Below, piece by piece: positions 19,130-27,713 of a stretch of 30,269 nt of DNA. Position numbers and translations under genes: made by a program. Origin of the DNA: Elusimicrobiota bacterium (lineage in GTDB: Bacteria > CG03 > SLGR01 > JAGXOG01); NCBI GenBank assembly GCA_051745145.1, contig JBNJDT010000016.1, positions 1 to 30,269 of the forward strand. Direction: 5' to 3'. Within the stretch, counting starts at the first letter, position 1, and every line of letters begins with the position of its first letter. The notes beneath the pieces were generated by a model that was not told the DNA's origin, ran no database searches, and saw nothing but the letters and a program-made list of their open reading frames with translations.

Positions 19130-20510
19130 AAAAGAGCGGAATCCGGTAAAAAAAAGAGAGGCTTCTGAACGGAAAAAAGATTTTAACGAGGTAAGCGGGG
19201 GGTATAATGAAAAACTGGCTAAAAAAGAAGCTCAGCGGTGTTTAATGTGTCCTAACCGGCCCTGCGTAGGAGGATGTCCGGTCGGTATAGAAATACCCGA
19301 TTTTATTCAGGCAATTTTAGACGATAATCCTAAAGAGGCTTTCCGGGTTATAACCCGTTCCAACGCCCTGCCGGGAGTCTGCGGGAGGGTATGTCCCCAG
19401 GAGGATCAGTGCGCTGATGTCTGTGTGATGGGACAAAAATTTGAACCCGTTAATATCGGAGTTTTAGAAAGATATGTTGCCGATAAGGCGGTAGAGGGAG
19501 GATGGACCAGGGCTCAGAACTCGGGGATAGACAGCTCTAAAGAATCTGTGGGGGTTGTGGGATCGGGACCGGCAGGTCTTACCATAGCCGGAGATATGGC
19601 CGCTGACGGATTCCCCGCAACCGTATATGAAGCTCTACACGAGCCCGGGGGAGTTTTAAGATACGGCATTCCCGAATTCCGGTTGCCCAACGAGGTTATA
19701 GACCGGGAGGTGGACAATCTTCTGGATATGGGAGTGGAGCTGAAGACCAATTTTGTTATAGGAAAAATTTTAACCGTGGAAGAGCTTTTGGAGAAACACG
19801 GGGCCGTATTTTTAGGCATAGGCGCGGGATTACCCCGGTTCATGGGAATTCCGGGAGAAAATCTAAACGGGGTATATTCGGCAAACGAGTACCTGACCAG
19901 AAGTAATTTGATGAGGGGGAACAGGTTTCCCGAATATGACACCCCTATAAAGCAGGGCCAGCGAGTGGCCGTGGTTGGCGGTGGTAATGTGGCCATGGAT
20001 TCAGCCCGCACGGCAATCCGTCTGGGGGCAAAGAAAGTTTACAATGTATACCGGCGCTCCAGGGTAGAGATGCCTGCCAGGGATGAGGAGATAGAAAATG
20101 CCGTAGCTGAGGGCGTTGAACTTAAACTGCTTAGAAATCCGGTAAAGATAAAAGGGGATAAGGACAAAAATGTCACTAAAATAAGGTGCATTAAGATGGA
20201 ACTCGGGGAGCCGGACGAATCCGGACGTCGCCGCCCTATTGAAATACCGGGATCCGAATTTGACCTGGAAGTGGATGTGGTGGTTATGGCCATAGGTACC
20301 GGTCCCAACCGTGTTTTACTTGAAAATACTCCCGAGTTAAAATTAAATCAGTGGGGGTACATAGATGTAGATGAAGAAACTTATCAGACTAATATTGACC
20401 GGGTTTATGCCGGGGGGGATATAGTTACCGGTGGAGCTACGGTTATAAGCGCCATGGGAGCGGCCCGTAAAGCCGGAGAAGTAATTAAAGAGAGATTGAC
20501 TAAAAGTTAA
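19119..20510 (+). CDS. nfnB: Electron-bifurcating transhydrogenase large subunit NfnB (SudA/GltD-like)
   Basis: CLMC...PC..GCP, GRVCPQEDQC, GSGPAG, YGIPEFRLP, GGGNVAMD, YRR, GGDIVTG; paired with nfnA. Confidence 0.92.
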   Translation: MAIEKERNPVKKREASERKKDFNEVSGGYNEKLAKKEAQRCLMCPNRPCVGGCPVGIEIPDFIQAILDDNPKEAFRVITRSNALPGVCGRVCPQEDQCADVCVMGQKFEPVNIGVLERYVADKAVEGGWTRAQNSGIDSSKESVGVVGSGPAGLTIAGDMAADGFPATVYEALHEPGGVLRYGIPEFRLPNEVIDREVDNLLDMGVELKTNFVIGKILTVEELLEKHGAVFLGIGAGLPRFMGIPGENLNGVYSANEYLTRSNLMRGNRFPEYDTPIKQGQRVAVVGGGNVAMDSARTAIRLGAKKVYNVYRRSRVEMPARDEEIENAVAEGVELKLLRNPVKIKGDKDKNVTKIRCIKMELGEPDESGRRRPIEIPGSEFDLEVDVVVMAIGTGPNRVLLENTPELKLNQWGYIDVDEETYQTNIDRVYAGGDIVTGGATVISAMGAARKAGEVIKERLTKS

Positions 20511-20514
20511 AATT

Positions 20515-20754
20515 ATGGGTAATAATAAAAAACAGAAAAATACAGAAATTGTAAAATGTCCGGACTGCGGAAAAAAAGTGAGAAAATCCAGAACTAATTT
20601 TTGTCCTTCCTGCGGTAGAGAAATATTTATACCTTCGATGGAAAAAAACTGGAACTATAAGATACTGGCGGGAATCTTTATAGCAGTAACTTTACTTTAT
20701 TTACTTTACAGTGTATTTAAACCTGCGATATATTTTTATCTGGATAAAGTTTAA
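20515..20754 (+). CDS. Small zinc-ribbon membrane protein
   Basis: CPDC...CPSC followed by one hydrophobic helix; 4 bp after nfnB. Confidence 0.7.
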   Translation: MGNNKKQKNTEIVKCPDCGKKVRKSRTNFCPSCGREIFIPSMEKNWNYKILAGIFIAVTLLYLLYSVFKPAIYFYLDKV

Positions 20755-21590
20755 ATCTCACTTAAAAATTTCTTAACTGAATCCCAGAATTGTTGACTTT
20801 TTATAATAGTACTGTGATTTACTTTTGGTATCAACTTTATCTCTTTTTCTCCTCCCCATTTATCGTAAACTTTCTGAGAAAGCCGGGGGAAAATTAACTG
20901 GTCATTGCCGGCCACTAAAATTAGTACCGGGTTTTTAATATCCGGTGCTTTTTTAACAGAGTTAAATTTATGGTTAAGTATAAGACCGGCGGGCAGGAAA
21001 GGATATTCACTTTTAGCTACGTTTACCATACTGTCATAGGGAGAGACTAAAATTGTTCCTGACATCTCACGTTTAGCGGCCAAATCCACGGCCACTCCGG
21101 TTCCCAGGCTCCGGCCCATGGCTACTATCTTATCTGAATTAATATTTTTTCGCTTAGATAACGTATCATATAGATAAACTGCGTCCCGGTAAAGTTTCTG
21201 TTCTCCGGGCTGACCCTCACTTAAACCGTATCCCCGGTAATTAATCAGCAACAGGGACCAGTTTTTAAAATACTCCCTTTTATCCAATACCCAGGATACT
21301 TCGTCATTATTTCCCCCGAAATAAATTACCAGGGGGTTTTTATCATTTGGACCGTCCGCCAGCCAGCCGTGGAGGTTAATCCCGTCCGGAGTTTTCAGAA
21401 TAATTTCTTTAACTTCGGGATATGATTGCTTAATTTCTTCCTGCCGGGACCGGGTGAGGGAGCTACCCTCAAATAAAATATCTTCCTGTTTTATATATAC
21501 AAATCCCGAGATTAGAATATAGAGGGTTAAAATCCCGGCCAGGATTTTCAGCAGATTTTTAACTGTGCTGGGCAAATTTTTAAATTTCAT
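20751..21590 (-). CDS. Membrane-anchored alpha/beta hydrolase (ABHD13/BEM46-like)
   Basis: N-terminal TM; YFGGN oxyanion segment; NYRGYG; GRSLG nucleophile; Asp (NDQLI) and His (NHS). Confidence 0.9.
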   Translation of the reverse strand: MKFKNLPSTVKNLLKILAGILTLYILISGFVYIKQEDILFEGSSLTRSRQEEIKQSYPEVKEIILKTPDGINLHGWLADGPNDKNPLVIYFGGNNDEVSWVLDKREYFKNWSLLLINYRGYGLSEGQPGEQKLYRDAVYLYDTLSKRKNINSDKIVAMGRSLGTGVAVDLAAKREMSGTILVSPYDSMVNVAKSEYPFLPAGLILNHKFNSVKKAPDIKNPVLILVAGNDQLIFPRLSQKVYDKWGGEKEIKLIPKVNHSTIIKSQQFWDSVKKFLSEI

Positions 21591-21721
21591 AGTTACATTT
21601 TAGCTAATTAAGAATATTTTGTAAATTTTAAGTGTTGTTTAATTCCGAACCGTTTTTAAAAAATTATTAGATGATTTTTTTATCTACTCAACCGGTATTC
21701 TTGGTGACTCTAAAAATATTT

Positions 21722-21747
21722 TCAAGGCCTTAACTCAAGGCCTAAAC
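21722..21747. repeat. Tandem 13-bp near-duplication
   Basis: TCAAGGCCTTAAC / TCAAGGCCTAAAC (12 of 13 identical) at the DUF192 3' end. Confidence 0.75.
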
Positions 21748-22150
21748 CCATTTTATTTCCTTTTTCTAAACCTATTTCTTCACTTCTATTCTGATTTATC
21801 TCTAAGACATACTGAGCAGGCCTCTCACTCCTATATCTTTGAAGATCCTCATCACTGGTATCCGGCTCTGGATCAGCGGCTTCGATATTAATAACTTCCA
21901 AATCAGAATCCAGGAAGATTATATCTAATGGAATAGTTGTATTCTTCATCCAGAAACTCCTGCTATTCTCCTTGTTATAGACGAAAAGCATTCCGTTATC
22001 TTCAGATAAATGTTTTCTATTCATCAGGCCTTTAGCCCTCTCCTCAGAAGAGTCTGCGATCTCAACTGAAAACTCTGTATCATTAAAAGTCACAGTTGGC
22101 TGAATAACAGGTAGAGAAATTAGTAATGATAAAAGTATTCTAACTTTCAT
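21722..22150 (-). CDS. DUF192 family protein
   Basis: VEIAD..EER.KGLM.R, GMLF, FWMKNT.IPLDIIF, YVLEIN. Probable start ATG 22150 (MKVRILLSLL), not TTG 22258. Confidence 0.9.
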   Translation of the reverse strand: MKVRILLSLLISLPVIQPTVTFNDTEFSVEIADSSEERAKGLMNRKHLSEDNGMLFVYNKENSRSFWMKNTTIPLDIIFLDSDLEVINIEAADPEPDTSDEDLQRYRSERPAQYVLEINQNRSEEIGLEKGNKMGLGLELRP

Positions 22151-22189
22151 GTATTTACTAAATCTGAGAAATGATTTAATTATTGACAT

Positions 22190-22528
22190 ATATCTTTGTG
22201 TCTCATTGTTTGTTTCTAAAAATATGGTTCTTGAACCATTATCTCCTGTATTTTTCAATTGCAGAAATATTCTGTCAGCTTCACCGTCATAATAGGAATC
22301 CTCCGCAGCAATAGAGGTGTAAAATAAGTCCAGTTGTCCGGCATTCTGTCGGGATTATAATCATATTGAAAAATATTCAGATTGTTGTTTTTGTCGGAGT
22401 ACGCTCAAGTATTAATTTTACCGGCCTTTCGGGACAGTTTTTTTATCAGCCTCACAATCCAAGATAATACCTTGAATTCCGATTATAATGGAAATTTATG
22501 ATAAAAATAAAAATTTCTTTAAATTCAT
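22190..22528 (-). pseudogene. Degraded exported protein with DxNxDG-like repeats
   Basis: Manual translation from ATG 22528: MNLKKFLFLS*ISIIIGIQGIILDCEADK / KKLSRKAGKINT*AYSDKNNNLNIFQYDYNPDRMPDNWTYF / YTSIAAEDSYYDGEADRIFLQ. Two in-frame stops and two frameshifts; 3' boundary approximate. Confidence 0.6.
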
Positions 22529-22674
22529 ATTTATATTTTTTTTTAACTCTTATTTTAAATGTATCTTACCAAATTTTAAAACACCTTCAATTTTTAAATA
22601 CCGGGAACACTAATTTTTGATAGTTATATATTTTATTCTAATAAATTATTTATTCAGTATTTTCCGGATTAAAG

Positions 22675-22735
22675 TTGACATAAAAGTTAAAAATATGATA
22701 TAAAACATATCAAAATAAGAAGTAAAAATGGAGGA
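22675..22735 (+). promoter_or_regulatory. Sigma70-type promoter and RBS for the sucC-like operon
   Basis: TTGACA 22675-22680; 18 bp spacer containing extended -10 TG; TATAAA 22699-22704; GGAGGA 22730-22735. Confidence 0.7.
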
Positions 22736-22741
22736 AAAATA

Positions 22742-23869
22742 ATGAAATTATTTGAATATGAAGCTAAAGAAGTTTTTGATGATTGCGGGATTCCGGTGCA
22801 GGACAATGTTTTGATAGATTCTTCCGGAGACGGACTGGATTTTTTTAAGAATAATAAACCTGTTGTTGTAAAATCCCAGGTTCTTTCCGGGGGACGGGGC
22901 AAGGCCGGGGGTATAAAATTTGCGAAAACCGAACAGGAATTTAAAGATACGGTTGGTGAACTTATAGGTAAAAAAATAAAAGGACTTGACGTAAAGAAGG
23001 TATTAATAGAAAAACAGCTGGATATAGAGAGCGAACTTTACCTGGGTTACACCATAGACCGGGCCGGTAAGTGCATAACTTTTATGTTATCGGATGAAGG
23101 GGGAGTGGATATTGAAACTCTGGCCCAGGAGAAGCCCGAAGCTATAGTTAAGGAACAGATAGACATTCTCCGGGGAATTGATCGAAATAGAATGGAAGAG
23201 ATATGCAGCGGGCTGGACTATTCAAAAGAAATTGTAGATAAAATTGTGGATATCGGCATTAACTTGTATAAAGCATTTACCCAGTATGAATGTCAGGTGG
23301 CCGAGATAAATCCCCTGGTAGTAACTTCCGACGATGAAGTTTTAGCCGCCGATGCCAGGATTTCCATCTATGATGAGGCGATTTACAAACATCCCCGGTA
23401 TGAAAAAGAAGAGGATACTTTTACCGATCTTGAGAAGAGAGCCCACCGTTCGGACTTAGGATATGTGGAAATGGACGGTAATGTGGGGGTAATAGGAAAC
23501 GGGGCCGGTTTAAATATGGCTACTCTGGATATTCTTAAATTCTACGGTGGAGAACCCGCCAATTTTCTTGAAGTTTCCGGCAGAACCTATCATAAGGCCG
23601 GAGAGGCCATAGACATAGTACTTTCCAATCCCGGGGTAAAAGCTATATTCGGTAATTTTTTCGGATGTATTTCCCGGTGTGATGTGATAGCTAAGGGCCT
23701 GGCCGGTGCATATGAAGAGGGAATTATTGATGTACCCATGGTTGTTGCTATGAGGGGAACGGGGGGAGATGAAGGCCGCCGGACTTTAAAGGAAGCTGGA
23801 CTTACGGAAATATTTGAAGACGATATAGAAGCAGGAAAAAGGTTAGCGGAAATTTTAGAGGAAATATAA
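22742..23869 (+). CDS. sucC: ADP-forming acyl-CoA synthetase beta subunit (SucC-like, divergent)
   Basis: LFEYEAK, KSQV..GGRGKAGG, E.ELY, GG.DIE, EINPL, GNGAGL, PANFL, RCD. Acid-site motifs atypical. Confidence 0.8.
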   Translation: MKLFEYEAKEVFDDCGIPVQDNVLIDSSGDGLDFFKNNKPVVVKSQVLSGGRGKAGGIKFAKTEQEFKDTVGELIGKKIKGLDVKKVLIEKQLDIESELYLGYTIDRAGKCITFMLSDEGGVDIETLAQEKPEAIVKEQIDILRGIDRNRMEEICSGLDYSKEIVDKIVDIGINLYKAFTQYECQVAEINPLVVTSDDEVLAADARISIYDEAIYKHPRYEKEEDTFTDLEKRAHRSDLGYVEMDGNVGVIGNGAGLNMATLDILKFYGGEPANFLEVSGRTYHKAGEAIDIVLSNPGVKAIFGNFFGCISRCDVIAKGLAGAYEEGIIDVPMVVAMRGTGGDEGRRTLKEAGLTEIFEDDIEAGKRLAEILEEI

Positions 23870-24738
23870 TGTCAATTTTAATAGATAAAGATACAAAAAT
23901 ATTGGTTTCCGGCATTACCGGAAAAGAAGGGACTTTTCACAGTAAAAAGATGATGAATATGGGCTCGAATGTAGTCTGCGGAGTTACTCCGGGAAAAGGG
24001 GGTACCACCCACCTGGGAGTACCGGTATATGATAAGGTAGAAGAGGCCCTGGAAAATCATGAAATTGACGTGGCCGGGATATTTGTGCCTTCCAAATTTA
24101 CTATTGACGCCGTAAATGAAGCAGTAAATGCCGGTATTGAGTTTGTAGTGGTTATAACCGAGGGAATATGCCCCCACGATACACTGAAATTTCTATCCAA
24201 TGCCCGAAATAAGGGGACAAGGATATTAGGTCCAAATACTCCCGGATTACTCACTCCCGGGGAATCCAAAATCGGGGTCCTGGCCACCGAATACGTCAAA
24301 AAAGGTAAGATAGGAGTAATTTCCAGAAGCGGAACCCTTACAGTTGAGATATGTCAGTATCTTATGAAAGAAGGATTCGGACAGAGCACCATAGTTGGAC
24401 TTGGAGGCGACCCGGTGGTAGGCAGCACATTTAAGGATATATACCGGTTATTTGAAGACGATTCCCGTACCGAAGGAGTTGTGGTTGTGGGGGAAATCGG
24501 CGGTTCAATGGAAGAAGAACTGGCCGATTACATAAAAGATTCAAATAAAGCTATGCCCACTGCGGCTTTCATAGCCGGGCAGAACGCTCCCGAGGGTAAG
24601 AAACTCGGCCACGCGGGAGCGATAATTGAGGGGGGCAAGGGTTCGCCGGATTCAAAAATTGAGGCCCTTTCTTCAGCCGGGGTGAAGATTGCCAGGGTAC
24701 CGTGGGAAGCGGGAAAATTACTTAAAGAGGAACTATGA
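23869..24738 (+). CDS. sucD: ADP-forming acyl-CoA synthetase alpha subunit (SucD-like)
   Basis: GITGKEG.FH, GVTPGKGG, ITEG, GPN.PG, SRSGTLT, GGDP, GEIGG, GHAGA (phospho-His). Confidence 0.88.
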   Translation: MSILIDKDTKILVSGITGKEGTFHSKKMMNMGSNVVCGVTPGKGGTTHLGVPVYDKVEEALENHEIDVAGIFVPSKFTIDAVNEAVNAGIEFVVVITEGICPHDTLKFLSNARNKGTRILGPNTPGLLTPGESKIGVLATEYVKKGKIGVISRSGTLTVEICQYLMKEGFGQSTIVGLGGDPVVGSTFKDIYRLFEDDSRTEGVVVVGEIGGSMEEELADYIKDSNKAMPTAAFIAGQNAPEGKKLGHAGAIIEGGKGSPDSKIEALSSAGVKIARVPWEAGKLLKEEL

Positions 24739-25580
24739 AGAAAAATTTAAAAGTTTGCGGGGTCCAGATGGAGAGTAAACCCGCGGATATAGACTATAAT
24801 ATAAATAAAGGGGTTAGCTGGATAAACAAATGCGCGGATGAGTATTCGGCGGACCTGGTAGTATTTCCGGAGACGGTGACCACCGGATTTAATACCGGTT
24901 TAAGTCCAGAAGAACTTCACGATTTAGTGGATGATATACCCGGAAAGACAACTCAAAAAATTTCCGAAGCCGCCCGGGATAACAGTACTTTCGTTATCTG
25001 GACAACTTATGAAAGAGGTCCGGATAAAAAAGTATACAACAGTGCGGTTTTAATATCCGATAAGGGAGATATCGTGGGAGTTTACAGAAAAGTACATCCT
25101 TTCCCCGCCGAAAAGGAGTGGACCGTACCCGGCAACAAAGTTGAAGTTTACGATACCGGCATAGGTAAAATAGGGATGATTATATGTTTTGACGGAGATT
25201 TTGCCGAACTGGCCCGGATAATGGGAATTAAGGGGGTGGATATAATAGCCCGGCCATCTGCTTTTTTAAGATCTTTTGATACCTGGAATTTAACTAATTC
25301 GGCCCGGGCATATGACAGCAGGGCCCATCTTATAGGAGTAAATCAGATTGGCACGGATAATTCGGGCAGCCATTATTACGGTCACAGCATGATAGTAACT
25401 CCCCAGGGCCAAAGAATTGCCCAGGCCCTGTGTAATGAAGAAGTTATCCATGCAACCCTGACGGATAAACCTTTAAAATATGCAAGTTACGGGGACAGTA
25501 TTCCCATGCTCTCGGATAATATAGAATTACGCCGGCCCGAAGTTTACAAAGATATATTGGGTAAAAAAAGAAAAAAATAA
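24735..25580 (+). CDS. Carbon-nitrogen hydrolase (nitrilase superfamily amidase)
   Basis: Glu-Lys-Cys triad: VFPE, YRK.H, ICFD; also G.SMIV.P.G. ATGA overlap with sucD. Confidence 0.93.
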   Translation: MKKNLKVCGVQMESKPADIDYNINKGVSWINKCADEYSADLVVFPETVTTGFNTGLSPEELHDLVDDIPGKTTQKISEAARDNSTFVIWTTYERGPDKKVYNSAVLISDKGDIVGVYRKVHPFPAEKEWTVPGNKVEVYDTGIGKIGMIICFDGDFAELARIMGIKGVDIIARPSAFLRSFDTWNLTNSARAYDSRAHLIGVNQIGTDNSGSHYYGHSMIVTPQGQRIAQALCNEEVIHATLTDKPLKYASYGDSIPMLSDNIELRRPEVYKDILGKKRKK

Positions 25581-25623
25581 TATTTATTGGAACTAAATAA
25601 GAATAGTATAAAAAGGAGGAGAT

Positions 25624-25968
25624 ATGAAAGTTATTAATGAAGTATTTGAAGAAAGCAATTCAAAAATTATTGATTCGGTAGTTTCCGGCGGGGGAGTTAT
25701 ACTTGGCGAAAAAGTTACCGGCAAAAAAGGATTTCTGCTTAATAATATGGATAAAGCAAAAGATATTGCCGCTGAAGTTGAGAAGGAAACCGGTATAAAA
25801 GGTTTTATTTCCACTGACGAATTACCCAAATACGGAATAACGATTGAGGATAGAGATAATATCAAAAAAGAATTTGATGCCGAAGAGGAAGATATTGTAA
25901 TTATGGTTGCCGGCGATGAAGAGAAAGGCCGCCGGGCTATGAATATAATAGTAGACAGACTTACATAG
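25624..25968 (+). CDS. Stand-alone GAD domain protein (GatE/AspRS insertion domain)
   Basis: RBS AGGAGGA; 'VF..SNSKII...V..GG.I' and 'GFISTDELPKYGIT...D.VIMVAG.EEK...A...I..R' match my recollection of the archaeal GatE insertion domain. Confidence 0.72.
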   Translation: MKVINEVFEESNSKIIDSVVSGGGVILGEKVTGKKGFLLNNMDKAKDIAAEVEKETGIKGFISTDELPKYGITIEDRDNIKKEFDAEEEDIVIMVAGDEEKGRRAMNIIVDRLT

Positions 25969-25982
25969 TACGGAACTGATAA

Positions 25983-26465
25983 ATGATAGGAGCCCTGTCT
26001 GATACTCACAACAGCATTTCGGCAATTGAAAGAGCGGTAGATTTTTTTAATGAAAAAGAGGTGGATCTGGTAATACACGCCGGGGATTTTACTTCCCGGA
26101 GAGCTGTTATGGCGTTATCAAATTTGAATGCCCCCTTTAAAGGAGTGGCCGGTAATATGGATAATAACGTTGAGCTTTTAAATCAAAATTTTAGGGGTGA
26201 GGGCGATATTACGCCAACCTGGCGAAAATTAAATTATAAACAAAAAAAAATACATGTGGTTCATAGAAAATCCGACCACCTGCCATTAACTGATGCCGGC
26301 TCCGGCGAATGTGATATATATATATACGGTCATACTCACAATGGGAATGTGGAAAAAAACTCTTGTCTTAAAGTAAACCCGGGAAGTTGTTCGGATCGAT
26401 CTTATAAAAGCAGTGTGGCTCTGATAAATCCGGAAGAAATGACAGCTAATCTTTATGAAATCTAA
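25983..26465 (+). CDS. YfcE/MJ0936-family metallophosphoesterase
   Basis: SDTH, HAGD, GNMD, GHTH, NPGS. Confidence 0.93.
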   Translation: MIGALSDTHNSISAIERAVDFFNEKEVDLVIHAGDFTSRRAVMALSNLNAPFKGVAGNMDNNVELLNQNFRGEGDITPTWRKLNYKQKKIHVVHRKSDHLPLTDAGSGECDIYIYGHTHNGNVEKNSCLKVNPGSCSDRSYKSSVALINPEEMTANLYEI

Positions 26466-27300
26466 AAACGAACCGGTAAAGGTAGATTGGGGATTGAAGT
26501 TCTACCTGGACGTATTAAAGCTTGACTCCCTCCATTTTGGTCTCTGGGAAGATGAACCCCTAACTGTAGAAGGTGCCCGTCAGGCCCAGAAAAATTATAC
26601 TGACCGGTTTTTATCTAAAATACCGGACGGAGTTGAAAAAATTGCGGATGCCGGCTGCGGAATAGGGGGAACAGCTTTAAAATTAAAAGAGAGAGGGTAT
26701 ACAGTGGACTGTATTAATCCCGACGCCTACCAGGAAAAAATTTTTAGACAGAAAACCGGCGGAAAAATACCTTTTTACCGGACAACTTTTGAAAATTTCG
26801 CTCCCCCGGAGGATAAAGAATATGACTTAATTCTCATGTCGGAGAGTTCCCAGTACATGGATACTGAAAAAATGGTTGCCAGGGCATCCCGGCTTTTAAA
26901 ACCCGGCGGTTATCTTTTAATAGCCGACTATTTCAGAAAAGAAGATACTGATTTTTACAAGACCTGTAAAGTAAAAGATGAATTTAAAACTGCGGTTGAA
27001 AATAATTTTTCCCTTATGGAAAAGGAAGATATTACAGAACGGGCAGTTCCCACACTGGAGGCTGGGAAAATTATATTTGAAGAGTACGGTTTACCGGTTT
27101 TAAATATCATCAGCGGATACCTAAAGCAGGAAGCCCCGGTTATTTCTAAAATAACTAAATTTATATTTTCCGGGAAAATAAAAAAGATTCAGGATTATCT
27201 TTACCGGCATACTCCCCGGAAGCTGGATTCTGAAAAGTTTAAAAAAGAGATGAACTATCTTTTTCTTTTGTACAGGCTAAAAGAGGAGGTAAAATCATGA
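26455..27300 (+). CDS. Class I SAM-dependent methyltransferase (tocopherol/sterol-MT-like)
   Basis: [14 protein letters not shown] (motif I), YDLIL.SES, LLKPGG.L.IAD. Confidence 0.88.
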   Translation: MKSKNEPVKVDWGLKFYLDVLKLDSLHFGLWEDEPLTVEGARQAQKNYTDRFLSKIPDGVEKIADAGCGIGGTALKLKERGYTVDCINPDAYQEKIFRQKTGGKIPFYRTTFENFAPPEDKEYDLILMSESSQYMDTEKMVARASRLLKPGGYLLIADYFRKEDTDFYKTCKVKDEFKTAVENNFSLMEKEDITERAVPTLEAGKIIFEEYGLPVLNIISGYLKQEAPVISKITKFIFSGKIKKIQDYLYRHTPRKLDSEKFKKEMNYLFLLYRLKEEVKS

Positions 27301-27713
27301 AATCCCACACTTATTACCACACGTTTAATACCCAAAGCAGAGTGGAACTTATAAATATCACTAAAATGGTGGAAGAACAGCTTCAAAAGAGCAAAATACA
27401 GGAGGGGTTTTGCCTGGTCAACCCCATGCATATTACCGCCAGCGTATTTATTAATGACGATGAGTCCGGGCTTCATCAGGATTATAAAGAGTGGCTGGAG
27501 GATCTGGCTCCCCACGAACCTATTTCTCAGTATGCCCATAATACTTTTGAAGAGAATGCCGATGCCCACCTGAAACGGCAGGTTATGGGCCGGGAAGTTG
27601 TAGTTGCCGTAACCGGTGGAAAACTGGATTTTGGACCGTGGGAACAGATTTTTTACGGAGAATTTGACGGCCAGCGGCCCAAAAAGATTCTTATAAAAAT
27701 TATAGGGGAGTAA
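27297..27713 (+). CDS. yjbQ: YjbQ/UPF0047 family protein
   Basis: [34 protein letters not shown]. Confidence 0.93.
   Translation: MKSHTYYHTFNTQSRVELINITKMVEEQLQKSKIQEGFCLVNPMHITASVFINDDESGLHQDYKEWLEDLAPHEPISQYAHNTFEENADAHLKRQVMGREVVVAVTGGKLDFGPWEQIFYGEFDGQRPKKILIKIIGE

Noticed and set aside
19119..20510. Glutamate synthase small subunit (gltD/'gltA')
   Set aside because: Paired with an NfnA-type gene and no gltB in the window, so NfnB is the better call.
22151..22258. N-terminal extension of DUF192 in the ORF track
   Set aside because: It continues the upstream pseudogene frame; the hydrophobic leader starts at ATG 22150.
22400..22420. TGA read as Trp (alternative genetic code)
   Set aside because: Intact genes end in TGA (WecA-like, GT4, ndk, sucD, methyltransferase) and use TGG for Trp; the same fragment also has a TAA and frameshifts.
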